A DNA stretch of 64,000 nt from Octopus bimaculoides (GCF_001194135.2 NC_068990.1:1788634-1852633), one strand, 5' to 3'; shown: positions 40,774 to 53,339, counted from the first letter of the stretch. Made by a program: numbers and translations. Notes: generated by a model from the sequence alone, not told the origin.

Positions 40774-42748
40774 CAAATTTTTTTCCATCCTGTTCTTGTT
40801 GTAGCTATTATACTTTCAGAACATGTTCCACCTCAACTGTTTATGATGCAGAGCTAACAGTAACTATCGATTACTTCTATGAAATCTTCTAATCATCATC
40901 ACCATCATTATCGTCGCTTAACATCCTCCTTCCATGCTGGCATGGGTTGGATGGTTTGACAGGAGCTGACCAGGCAAGAACCTACACTATGCTTCTGTGT
41001 CTGTTTTGGCAAGGTTTTTATGGCTGGATGTCCTTCTTAACACCAGCCGAGAGTGGGCTGAATGCTTTTTACGTGGCACTTACAAAGGCAAGGTCAGTTT
41101 TGGCATGGTTTTTAGAGTTGGTTGCCCTTCCAAATACCAACCATTTTACAGTGTGGATTGGGTGATTTTTAAGTGGCACCTGCACTGGCAGGGTCACCAA
41201 GTAGCTTTGCAAGACAAGGAATCGTTGAGAGAGGCAGGGGCACTGGAGGAAGTGATCTTGTGTCAGATGATGAAAGGTTAGAGTGTGACAGAGTGACAGA
41301 AACAGATGTTTTGCTGTAGAGGAGGTACATGACTACCCAGCCAAAGAGAGAGAGAGAGAGGAAGAAAGGAAGAGGAAGAGAGAGAAAGAGAACAAAAAAG
41401 AAATTATTTTGTTCTATGACTGCAAACTACACCTGTGCATCTACCACATAGCTGTGCACTCTCCACTAGCCTCTCTGTGATCTCAGTTCACCATTTGTGC
41501 ACCAAAATTCCACATTGAGTGCATCACAAATCAATGTTTCATAAAAGAGGTTATGATGGATTTCGATCTCATTTTTTAAATTTAAGTGGAAAGTTAGAAC
41601 AATTTTCAAAAACTGATAAAAAATAATTATAAAGGAGGAATAACTATCAAAACAAGAGACACACACAAAAAAATTAATATATTTTAGCTTTTTTAATTTT
41701 TTTTTAATTAAATGTTAGTCAAAAATGGAAACTAAAGCCTGAGGCTGCACTCAGTAATTATAAATGTTTAAATAGCAGGAAAACTATTTCAAATTGTTGA
41801 TGCAGAACTTATTGCAAGGTTAATGTTGACAAAGTTTATTTTCTCTCATCAGAATCTATTTTTACTATTGATTTGGAATGTAGGTGCAAGGTTTCAAATT
41901 TTGAAGATGGCTATAGTCATTTAGAAAGACCCCCCCACTCCAATATTCATGTAGTATGTGGTGTTTTTGCCTTGCTTTGAGCCTTTAACTCTTGATGGCG
42001 GCATAAGAAGATAAGGAAACTGTTGTGGTATACAAATCTATTCTGTTTGATTTGGCAGAACTCATCTGTTTACAAGCCTTACCAATACCAATATCAGATA
42101 GATAGATAGATGGACAGACAGACAGACAGATAGCTAGATAGATATATAGCTAGCTAGCTATATGTCTAACTATATGGACATATAAGAAGAAGAAGGAGAA
42201 GGAGAAGAAGAAGAAGAAGAAGTTGTAGTAGTATCAGCAGCAGTAGCTTCAATACTAGACTGAGGCATTATTTATCAACTTGAAGAGAGAATCAAAAGTA
42301 AATTTGACTTTGGTAGGATTTGAAATAAGATTTCATAAATGATCTGGAATAAATATAGCAAAGTATTCTATCTGATACTCTAATTACTCTCACAATTAAC
42401 CACCTCATTGATGATATTTAAACACTCCAGAAAATGTAAAAGCCAATTTCAACTTTGGCAAGATACAAGCACAGAACATGAATGTGTTACAGAATATCTA
42501 TGCAAGTGCCTGCTACTATAGGCCTGGGCTTTAGTGGATTCTGTAAATAGAAACTTATAGAAGTACATTGTATGTGTGTGAGTGTTTATATATATTTCAA
42601 CCTTTCTTGGTCTTTTCAGTGGTGTACACTTACTTAAGTGCTAAAGATTTTGTTTGGCAAAATAGAAAATACAAGAGGTGGGTGTCCACAGCAAAACTGC
42701 TTTAATAGTAATAATAACAATAATAATGATAATAATAATAACAACAAC

Positions 42749-42813
<65 letters not shown>

Positions 42814-42823
42814 TAATAATAAA

Positions 42824-42918
42824 AATATATATAACATACAGAAAATTGCACTACTGGGCACTGCACACGTCCTACGCAAAACACTTTCAATACAGTAACC
42901 ATAAGTGCACGACAGCAA
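42824..42918 (+). mobile_element. Very short fragment of the same R4/Dong-like LINE, directly after a long (TAA)n tract
   Basis: aatatatataacatacagaaaattgcactactgggcactgcacacgtcctacgcaaaacactttcaatacagtaa is nearly identical to the reverse complement of 1907-1985 and encodes NIYNIQKIALLGTAHVLRKTLSIQ*. It follows the (AAT)n run at about 42706-42821. Confidence 0.9.
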
Positions 42919-42953
42919 GTAGATTTGGTAGACAGAAACTTAAAGAAGACCGT

Positions 42954-42994
<41 letters not shown>

Positions 42995-43160
42995 TGGAAG
43001 GTTTGGAGGTGATGTACAGAAATTATATTATAGAAAAAAAATTAAGGTACTCAGAAATCTGGATGTTTGTACATTTACAGATTTTTATTAATGTCACATG
43101 TTTTATAAATTAAATAAAGCACTTTTCACCTAATCGTGTAGGATTTTCAAATTGTTTTTG

Positions 43161-43192
<32 letters not shown>

Positions 43193-43222
43193 GCTAAACT
43201 GGCAATATGACCATCCCCAAGT

Positions 43223-43274
<52 letters not shown>

Positions 43275-45457
43275 TTATATGTGTGTGTTTTTGTGTCTTT
43301 ATTTGTCCCTCCCACCATCGCTTGGCAACTGATGCTGGTGTGCTTATGTCCCTGAAACTTAGCAGTTTGGCAAAAGAGACCGATAGGATAAGTATTAGGC
43401 TTACAGGCTTACAAAGAATAAGTCCTAAGGTCAATTTCTTTGACTAAAGGCAGTTCTCCAGCATGGCCACAGTCAAATTACTGAAGCGTGTAAAAGAGTA
43501 AGTACTTGGGTTGATCTGTTCAACTAAGGCTCTTCAAGGTGAGGCCCCAGTATTTCCACAATTCAGTGACTGAAGCAAGGAAAAGGTAGAAGATGGTAAA
43601 AATGTAATGCAAATACTAGAAACATTTTGTAAAATCAGTGATTTTATGTATTAGCATTTATTATTTTAGTGTTGAATAACAGAAATCTCATCAGTGATGC
43701 TGTCAGGAAAATATAGTTTCAAAAAGAGCTCTTTAGCATAGGCAGTCTCAAGCAAGGTGGTATTGAAAGAGTTTATAGCAAGATTGAATTGCTAGACTCA
43801 CAAATAGAAGGTCTTGTGGTATTTGTACTGAATCACTGTGCCCCGAGTTCAATTCCTGTTGAGGTTAACTCCGCCATTATTCTTTCAGGGTTGATAAAAA
43901 TTACCTGTCTAAGGTAGTGGATCAATGGAACTCTAAGACCATGGACCTGATACTTCACAGTGACTGTTCCTTTTGCATTCTGCATTTAAATCCCTCCATG
44001 GATGATCAGGTGTGGGCTGGGGGTGGGTCGGGTTTGGGGTATGCACCATTGCAGTGCATTGCTCTACCCACCATTTGCTATTTGCTCCTATTGTCCTAGG
44101 CAACCCTCCAAGCAGTTTCCTTGTAAGTCCCTATCTCTATGAGATACTGCCTCATCCACTATGACTGTGCAGAGTGTTGTTGATCTACAGAATCTGTGAC
44201 CCCAGCCGGAGCATCAAAGAAAAGAAAAACATGATATGCTGGACCAAAAATGGAACAACAGGCAGCATGACAGAACAATCTGAGCCAATGCTCTTGAATC
44301 ATACAAGTAGCAGGACACATCTCAGTTTCTGAATATAGTCATTGGATGATGATGATGATGATGATCATCATCTTTTAGCAGCTGCCTTCCATGCAGGCAT
44401 GGGTTGGACAGTTTGACAGGAGCCAACCAGCCAGAAGACTACCCAAAGCTACTGTGTCTATTTTGGTAGGGTTTTTATGGTGCCCTTCCTAACACCAACC
44501 CCTGAGAGCTTTTTACATGAGACCAGCACAGGTGAGGTCAGTTTTGGTATTGTTTTTACAATTGCATGCCCCTCCAAATGCCAACCACTTTACAGTGTGG
44601 ACTGGATGCTTTTTATATGGTAAAATTAATCAGTCACCTCAGGCACCTTTAGTGGATTCCACTATGTTGGTTTCAAATCTTGGCATTAGTCCAGCGATTT
44701 CGGTGGAGTGAGCAAGTCGATTACCAGTACTTATTTCATTGACCTCAAATGGATGAAAGGCAAGGTCAACCTCAGCAGTATTTGAACTCAGAATGGGAAG
44801 ATGGATGAAATCCCAGCAAGTATTTTGCTCAGTGTGCTCATGATTTTGCCAACTTGCAGACTTAGTTGAGTCCACTATATTGCAAGTTGTCACTTTACTC
44901 TACCTGTCTCTCCCTTTCAAACGTGTCAGTAACCCTGTAGAGTCATGGAAATTGACCTTTACCCCTGACTGAAAGATAAACAAATAAAATAAAATAAAAT
45001 AAATAAATGTGAAGTTCAGTAAATAAACTAAAATGTCAAAATTTCAACCCAAGAAATTTGTTTGAATAACTGTGACTACTAAGCCACAATATTCACTTTC
45101 TCTTGCTTTATATTGGAAAAAGCATTTCCTTCATCTCAATAGCATAGCGGAGAGTGGAGAGGAAAGAGTGCAAGAGATGAGAGACAAGAGTAGACTTCAA
45201 TATCTCATTGTACTCAACTAAAATCCAACTTCAGAGGACTTTTATCTTTAATTTCTCAAAGAGTTTTAAAATGCAGAAATTTTAATTCATTGCAACCAAT
45301 TTCAATCAGCTATAATGGTTTTTGAAAACGTAAGCAACAACAGTTGCACGTTTCTATGAAATCTCATGAATAAATCTGTATTTAAGTTACAGCACTATGT
45401 AAATGAAACATTATGTATATCTGCACACAAACACACATATATATTTCTATTTATTTA

Positions 45458-45504
<47 letters not shown>

Positions 45505-45593
45505 GTATTTCTCTATCTGTCTATCTACTACTTATCTATCCGTGAATTGGAATATATATGTATATATATATATGACTACAATGTTAGGAAAAA

Positions 45594-45886
45594 CCTACAT
45601 TACTAGAAATAAGAGCTAAATTGCTCTCATAGTATAGTTAATGCACATAAATGAAAACATATACACTAACAGGGGCCATAATCATCTGAAAATTGCTGAT
45701 TGAGAATTCTTAATACTGATACATCAGTTTTGGCTATTTCCATTGCCTCATCAGTTAAAACAGCTTGGGTTTAGCTCTTTCCAGCACTTTTCAGGTGAAT
45801 ATGATCCCTGTTAGTGAATATGCTTACATTTATGTGCATTAACTATAGAATTAGAGTGATTTAGTTCTTATTTCTAGCAATGTAGG
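45594..45886. repeat. Foldback (long inverted repeat) element, 105-bp arms and 83-bp spacer
   Basis: 45594-45698 versus the reverse complement of 45782-45886: 90/105 identical with no indels. Weaker similarity extends about 15-25 bp further out on both sides. Confidence 0.92.
45708..45760 (-). ncRNA. Type I hammerhead-like motif (G12A) inside a foldback element
   Basis: Minus strand TTTTAA-CTGATGA-GGC-AATGGAAATA-GCC-AAA-ACTGA-TGTA-TCAGT-A-TTAAGA. All three stems pair, and the only core change is G12->A at a CpG. Confidence 0.75.
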
Positions 45887-46199
45887 AGTTTACTAATATC
45901 CTAGTTACATTTAGTGACATTTCTCCCTTTTGGTGAAACATTACAACCTGCTGTTTATATTAATTTTATATATACACATTTGGGAATCACTAATCATCTA
46001 ATAATTTGGATGATCAAAACATAAATACTAATGGTGAAGTGAGCCTGGAAAGAGTCGAAGCTGAGCTGTTTTAAATGATGAGGTAACAGAAATTGTTGAA
46101 ACTGAGGCATCAATATCAAGTTCAACTTTACGATGAAAGTAAACAAAGTTTGTGTTTAGAAGCATTGATGGATAATTTATCCTGATCACGCTATTTATA

Positions 46200-46248
46200 G
46201 CATTATCACGCGTTTGAGAAATAAATTTATTTCTGTATCTTACAATAC
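46200..46248 (-). ncRNA. Hammerhead-shaped three-way junction with eroded core
   Basis: Minus strand GTATTGT-AAGATAC-AGAAATAAATTTATTTCT-CAA-ACGCGT-G-ATAATGC. Stem I 7 bp including G.U pairs, palindromic stems II and III, junction lengths 7/3/1. Confidence 0.4.
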
Positions 46249-46718
46249 ATCTCATATTTGCTCTGTAAATGCGGCATATTTTAATGAATACTGAGACAAT
46301 TTAGAAACCAAATAACTATTTTTTATTCACTTGAGATTGTTCAGCAATTTTCAACTGTAGTTATTCGTAACAGTTATGCACTCCAAATAATTTGAATGTA
46401 GCATTTCTTTTTCAACTGTTTTTACCACATTTTGGTAAGAAAGAGAGAATCATTGACTAAAACAGTAAACATATATATATATATATATATATTTAAATAT
46501 ATATATATGTGAATAAAAATAAATACAAAAAAGGGTTTTGTATGATCGTGTATAGAAGAATATATTATTTTATATATTATTCAATATATTCAATAAGACA
46601 TTTAATACTTCATTTCATTTTACAAGAATATAAATAAAACATAAAAAACAGACAGAGCTGGAACTTCTTTGAATAAAATAATATATTTAAATATATATAC
46701 ATATATACATATATACAT

Positions 46719-46778
<60 letters not shown>

Positions 46779-47511
46779 NNNNNNNNNNNNNNNNNNNNNN
46801 NNNNNNNNNNNNNNNNNNNNNNNNNNNNNNNNNNNNNNNNNNNNNNNNNNTACTATAAATAATATATATACATATATATATATATACTATAAATAATATA
46901 TAAATATATGCATATATACATACATATATGTACATACCTACATATATATGTATATATACATGCATATATGGGTACAGGACATAAAAGAAATTGAAAAAAT
47001 GAGAAAAGAAAACATAAAAAACAAAAACATAGAAAACGAACTTTTTTTGAACAACGTAAAACAAACAGAGAAATGAGACATGCAACATAAAGAACATTCC
47101 CTTCATTAGTTGTCCCCTGTTTTTGTCTACTCTGCATTTCTAAGGTAAGGACAAGACATGACTTCATTAAAACAGTCCTTCCTGCAAAGCAAACTAAATA
47201 AAATTTGGGATTTTTTGTGGGGGGGTGAAAGTGGTAACAAAAACAGGACAGTGAGAACAAGCCAGTGAAAACAAATGGCGAGGGCTGTTAAGCCAAGACA
47301 ATGTGAAGTGGTGAATGGAGGAAAAATGAGCTTTGAGAAGAGACAGATAAAAGCACACGAAAGAAAGAAAGAATGGCCATTGGTTACGTGTGAGCAATGA
47401 GAGGGTGAGGGAGGTAGAGTGAGAGAGGGAGAGGGAATGGTGACAGGGAGAGGAGTAGAATAGGGAAAGGGTGCGAGAGAAAAACAGAAAAGAAGAAGAG
47501 AAAGATAGAGA

Positions 47512-47554
<43 letters not shown>

Positions 47555-48174
47555 NNNNNNNNNNNNNNNNNNNNNNNNNNNNNNNNNNNNNNNNNNNNNN
47601 NNNNNNNNNNNNNNNNNNNNNNNNNNNNNNNNNNNNNNNNNNNNNNNNNNNNNNNNNNNNNNNNNNNNNNNNNNNNNNNNNNNNNNNNNNNNNNNNNNNN
47701 NNNNNNNNNNNNNNNNNNNNNNNNNNNNNNNNNNNNNNNNNNNNNNNNNNNNNNNNNNNNNNNNNNNNNNNNNNNNNNNNNNNNNNNNNNNNNNNNNNNN
47801 NNNNNNNNNNNNNNNNNNNNNNNNNNNNNNNNNNCACATCATAAGATGTCTCGTAAAATATTGTAACAAGTTACAACATATTACAAATTTCTGGATACTC
47901 CATCTCTTCAGGGTCGCATTATTGCCATCACCAATACTATTATTAGCAAAACACACACATCATCCAAGAGATGTGCATAGGTTTGGCTTATTGTGGTTGT
48001 TTCTGTTATTATAATTGTTGCTGCAATAAAGTATCTTCAATGCATTGATTTTGAGCTCTATCCATTAAGGGACATGTATACATATATATATACAAAAACT
48101 CAACTGTGAGCTTTTTGCTAAGACTGTTAACAGATACTATATATTTTGTAAAATTTGTTTTATAAAAGTATATA

Positions 48175-48205
<31 letters not shown>

Positions 48206-48364
48206 ACACAAAAAATGTCACCATGCCTTGGCTAAATAAGATGATACCTGCTCATACAGCTAAAAGGCTAAACAGGCCTGAATTCAGACACAGCTTTCAC
48301 ACCTTTTTTAACTTGATTGCTTTCGATAGGTTTATGGTTGAACTAGTGGCATTGGAGACCTTCA

Positions 48365-48702
48365 AGTGCATTTTATGCGGCAGCAGCATGATTGCATTTT
48401 ACGTGGCAGCAATATAAGTGCATTTTATGTGACACTGGCATGCATGCATTTTACATAGAACCAGCATGAGTGCACTTTATGTGCCACCAAGATGAGTGCA
48501 TTTTATGTGGCACCAGCATGAGTGCATATTATGGGATACTGGCATGGGTGCATTTTACATGGCACCGACATGAGTACATTTTATGTGGGACCAGCATGAG
48601 TGCATTTTATGTGGCACCAGCATGAGTGCATTTTATGTGGCACCAGTATGAATGCATTTTATGTGGCACCAAGGCGAGTGCATTTTACGTGGCACTTGCA
48701 TT
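48365..48702. repeat. 13 degenerate copies of a 26-bp unit agtgcattttatgtggcaccagcatg
   Basis: Constant 26-bp period with no indels. The unit resembles the ggtgcttttacgtgccaccggcac segment of SINE family B. Confidence 0.95.
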
Positions 48703-48910
48703 TTCAAGACAGCTGGGAAAGAGAGTGGGGGCATGGCTGTATGTATGGATGTCCATTATGCACACACACATACACACACATGCAGGCAAGTCAATAACAA
48801 TCAATTAATTCAAAAGCAAAAGCAACAAATGTGACATTCGCAGTGACTATTATTATTAATTTAACACTTGATCAAAGTTTTATGGCGAAATTCAAAAGCA
48901 AAAAAAATAT

Positions 48911-48941
48911 GGTGTTTTGGGCATAGCCCTTCATCAGATAT
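48911..48941 (-). ncRNA. Partial hammerhead-like motif
   Basis: Minus strand ATAT-CTGATGA-A-GGGC-TAT-GCCC-AAAA-CACC. Core and stem II are present, with G12A and a decayed stem III. Confidence 0.5.
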
Positions 48942-49500
48942 GTAGAAGAAAGTCTATTTAAGAAGAAAAGGTTGAAGGGAAATGAGATATAAATGGAGAG
49001 TAACCATGTAAAAATCATCCATGCTGGTACAATGTAAAAAGCACCCAACACACTCTGTAAAGTGGTTGGCATTAAGAAGGGCATCCAGCTGTAGAAGCCA
49101 TTACCAAATCAGATGACTGAAGCCAGATGCAGCCTGCCATCTTGATGATGATGATGATAATGACATTTCATATTTATATTTTACCTACTATTTAGAATTT
49201 GATTCATTTGGAGGTTTTAAATTGGACTTATAAGTGTACAAGGAAAATTAAGCGGCGATCATATACATCAATTAAATCTACAAAAGAAAATAAATTTTCT
49301 AGTTATTCTCAGATGATTTGTTGCCGATATTTAATTGATGTGTAAGCAGTATGATATAACATCATATATGATTCTAAATCTGACAAAAAAAAATGTAATT
49401 TCAGATGAAGATGTATTAATGTATAGAATTAGTGTCGTTTTATAGATTGGCATGATAATATACATTAAGTAAAATTACTATTAAGATAATAATAATGATA

Positions 49501-49767
49501 CTATGGGATGTTAACTGAGTGTGTGTCTTCAAAACTGAAAAGTAATATGAACATGGACCAGAAGCTGTAATATAAAATGAAAATTACAAAATCTTGTGGG
49601 ACTTCTCCATAATGACTCACCGTACTATTGAAGCAAAAAGACCAGATATGATCACAGAGGACAAAATAAACAAACAGTGTAGGATCATTGATTTTGTAAT
49701 TCATTATTATAGTAGAGTTGATACCAAAGAAAGTGAAAAAAATCGAGAAATATCAAGATCTAGCTGA
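49501..49767 (+). mobile_element. Older, decayed R4/Dong-like RLE fragment
   Basis: Manual translation: LWDVN*VCVFKTEK*YEHGPEAVI*NENYKILWDFSIMTHRTIEAKRPDMITEDKINKQCRIIDFVIHYYSRVDTKESEK, then a frameshift to IEKYQDLA. Preceded by ataataataatgata. Confidence 0.85.
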
Positions 49768-49929
49768 CTTTAGCAGAATTTGAACTCAGAATATAGAGAC
49801 AATCGAATGTTGCTAAGCATTTTGCCTTGTGTGCTAACAACTCTGGCAATATATACTATTAATATATATATACATATATACAAATACATACATACATACA
49901 TACATACATACATACATACATACATACAG

Positions 49930-49962
<33 letters not shown>

Positions 49963-51240
49963 GATAGACACACACACATATATATTCATATTATTCTGCC
50001 AATAATATTAATTGCTAACAAAAATGTATGATTCATCTCAATTGTTGTCATATTTATAACAAGCTTTTTATATGTGTACTCTGTGCTGATACTCCATTCA
50101 ATTGATACTATTTATTTTCTAAGCCTATCATAGTGTTATTAGAAGTAAGATGTCTTTAAATGCACATTTTCATAGCCTCAAATTAAGTATTCTATGTTTG
50201 TTCGATGTCATTTGATTTTATAGACTTAAGTTACCTTTTTTTTTATTGCATTCATGTTTTTTTTTTGCTGTTTTTTTTAACCTATTAAAATTCTGAACAT
50301 CTTTTTACCTACCAATGAATGGTTTCATAGAAATATCTGTGTAAATAATAATTAATGATAATAATTAAAGAGAATAATTGAGATCAATTCTGATATTGTT
50401 CACTGATGGTGCTTGGTGCCAAGATAATTAAAGCCACTAACTAGTCATTATTCTAAACAAATAAAATAATGACAGTGATGATGATGAAAATGATGATGAT
50501 GGTGGTGGTGGTGGTGGTGGTAGTGGTGAGGATGATGACGACGATTAATTGCTAGAGTATAGGTGAAAATGATTGGTAGTATTTGTTCAAATTTTTACAT
50601 TCGGAGTTCAAAACCCTGCTGATGTTTATATCACGTGTCATTCCTTTAAAGATTGATAGAAAAAAGTACCCATCATATGCTGGGGTTCAGTTACATGAAA
50701 TTTGTGGCTTTCAAGCCTTGCACATATCCTAGAAGCATTATTAAATAGAGAGTGGATTGGCAGAATTGTCTGAATATTGAACAAAATACCTTGCCACAGT
50801 TAAATATGATTATTTTATGTTCGGAGTTCAAATCCTACCAAGTTCAACTTTGCTGTTCATTCCTGCATTATGAAATACGAAATGAAATGAGGTGATATTA
50901 GCCTTCATCAGAAAAGTCGTCAGAGCATGATAAGGCAACTGCACTCTAAGATATGACAAGCCAACTAGAAAGGTCATAGCTGACTGACAAGTTTTTGTTG
51001 TGGCTCTCAAGTGTGAGCCTAAATGGACGCTGACGTATTTCCAATAAAGGTTACACAGCAACAACAACAACAGCAATGGTCTTCCTTACTATGTGAATTA
51101 AAAGCATTAGTTCTCATTTTTGTTTTCATTTTTGACTTTCTTCTGCACTTTGCAATGTCCTGGAAATCAGTTAAAACTTACTGGAAAACATTGTTTGGAA
51201 CGGAAAAATTTACAGGTGCACCTCACGTAGAAGGTTAAAC

Positions 51241-51462
51241 TCTTTTACTCTTTTACTTGTTCAGTCATTTGACTGTGGCCATGCTGGAGCACCGCCTTTA
51301 GTCGACCAAATCGACCCCAGGACTTATTCTTTGTAAGCCTAGTATGTATTCTATCGGTCCCTTTTTGCTGAACCGCTAAGTTACGGGGAAGTAAACACTA
51401 GCATCAGTTGTCAAGCGATGTTGGGGGGATGGTGGGGGACAAACACAGACACAGGACCATAT

Positions 51463-51549
<87 letters not shown>

Positions 51550-51713
51550 TGATGGACTTCTTTCAGTTTCCGTCTACCAAATCCACTCACAAGGCTTTGG
51601 TCGGCCCGAGGCTATAGTAGAAGACACTTGTCCAAGGTGCTACGCAGTGGGACTGAACCCAGAACCATGTGGTTGGTAAGCAAGCTACTTACCACACATC
51701 CACTCCTATACCT
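51241..51713 (-). mobile_element. tRNA-derived SINE family A, near-complete young copy (head, central TA microsatellite, 3' module)
   Basis: Head ggagtggatgtgtggtaagtagcttgcttaccaaccacatggttctgggttcagtcccac has pol III A/B-box-like motifs, and the tail is acaagtaaaagagtaaaag. Other full or partial copies at about 1305-1475(+), 7920-8350(+), 13820-13905(-), 15055-15250(-), 16521-16815(+), 22935-23385(-), 26450-26775(-), 37310-37455(-), 43280-43500(+), 58287-58390(+), 61910-62110(+). Confidence 0.85.
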
Positions 51714-51720
51714 ATGTGTG

Positions 51721-51828
51721 ATGCTTACAGCACCTAGGTTTCCCATCTAAGTACTCACTAGGCTCGACGTTGCTTAACTTCAGTGATTGGACGAGAACCG
51801 GTGCTCTCAATGTGATATGGCTGTAAAC
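51721..51828 (-). pseudogene. 5S rRNA: 5S rRNA pseudogene (108 bp, about 12-nt internal deletion)
   Basis: Reverse complement gtttacagccatatcacattgagagcaccggttctcgtccaatcactgaagttaagcaacgtcgagcctagtgagtacttagatgggaaacctaggtgctgtaagcat follows molluscan 5S end to end. The segment corresponding to tgaccgcctggg is missing. Confidence 0.92.
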
Positions 51829-51953
51829 TGTTAAAAATCTAGAAAAAAAAATGTAGGAAACTATTCCTTAACTCAAAATTATGAAGGTGTGTCATCTACT
51901 TGTTGGGGTTTTGTGTCCTTGATCAAGGCTTTTCATTTCAAATTACTCCAGTC

Positions 51954-52195
51954 CAATGGTTCTCATCAGGGATCCACATGGCCCTTGAGGGTCCATATAA
52001 GATTTAGTTGTTAAAAATTATGTGCAATAAATTACTTATATTTCTACAATACTCAAAATATATTAACAATTTTTCATACAATTTGTAATATAAAAATAGA
52101 ATGGGACTCTTTATATATCAAATGGTTATGGGGATCCACTTGAGTGAAATAGGAATCGAAGAGACTCATAAGCTAAAAATGGTCGAAAACCACTG
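51954..52195. mobile_element. hAT (Charlie-like) MITE
   Basis: Ends caatggttctcatc... and ...ggtcgaaaaccactg are degenerate TIRs. The 8-bp flanks ctccagtc / ctttagtc (6/8) resemble a decayed TSD of NTCTAGAN type. Confidence 0.65.
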
Positions 52196-53124
52196 CTTTA
52201 GTCTATTCATCTAAAATTAAGCACCAGATGAGTGCTTGCGTATCCCTCCTTCTCTCCAGCTTTCAAATTGCAGATGTTCAGCTAGATGACAGCTACAGGG
52301 GCTGATAGTATGTCTGTATCTGATCATGATTCTACTGGTGGTTAAGGCAATTAGTAAAAAGCATGGTGCTAGTTAGTAAGTCATCCTCACTTATTAGAGA
52401 TACCTATGCATGTATAACAGAATTATAAACAATAGGACTTTCAAGATGCACAATTATTAGTGTACATTTTATAAGGAATTAAATTATAATTTATAAAATC
52501 TGTAGAGCACCCAGTTACTCTCTGTGTCATGCTGAGAACCAATGACTTAAAGCAATATAAACATGGTAATTATGTAAAAAAATTGTAACAAAACATACAA
52601 TAGAAGTAACGTAAACACCTGAAATCATTTGCTGATATTTTGCCAAGACATTTATGGTTATTCCACTAAATGTGCAGTGACAAAATAATTTCTGATCTCT
52701 TAAAAACCTTTCTTATTATTGTAGCAGTTCCAAATTATAATGTGTTTACAATGTTTCTCCTTATATATTTGGTATACAATCTTCTTGGCAAATTGTGCCA
52801 ACTTCATGTCTACTATAATTATCAATAGTCTATAGAAAAGACAGTTTGCAGTAGTAACAGCCCTCACTCCCTTACCTGCTGCTTGTCCACCTACTCCAAC
52901 ATCATTAGGAGGAATGAAACATTCATTGCAAAATCAATTCTCATAAGAAATATTCCCAAAAGTTGAGTCTGTGAAAACTTATTTGCTGAAGTTCTCTAAT
53001 TTTCAAATTTTACCATGAAGATATAATGTGGATATGTCTATGCTGAAGAAAATGCTTTCCATGTCCAAGAAAAATGTATATGCATATAAATATATCTTTA
53101 TATGTATGTGTCTATCTATATGTA

Positions 53125-53163
<39 letters not shown>

Positions 53164-53167
<4 letters not shown>

Positions 53168-53339
53168 AACAAGATCAACCGCACATACACAAGGTATGTG
53201 CTTTGCCAGTTCGTGGGCAAGATGCAGTTATAAGCATGAGAAGATGTACTCTCATCAAGTCTCTTACACCTATAATTACAGCCTGCCCACAAACTGGCAA
53301 AGCACATGCGTTGTGTATGTTCGATTGATATTGTTTATA
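53164..53339. repeat. Foldback/MITE-like hairpin, 69-bp arms and 38-bp spacer
   Basis: 53164-53232 versus the reverse complement of 53271-53339: 58/69 identical with no indels. Arms begin TA and end TA. Confidence 0.9.

Noticed and set aside
43910-44340. GC-richer segment possibly the 5' end of an RTE LINE
   Set aside because: Only vague similarity (MLDQKWNNRQHDRT...) after several stops, insufficient to call.
26290-47120. Repeat family (26290-26440 and 46955-47120) with a minus-strand C/TTAATGAAG resembling CUGAUGA
   Set aside because: No stem II-GAAA-stem III could be traced. Kept only as an unclassified repeat.
47880-47920. Minus-strand CTGAAGA-GA-TGGA-GTA-TCCA-GAAA
   Set aside because: Two extra nucleotides before stem II, and stems I and III do not pair.
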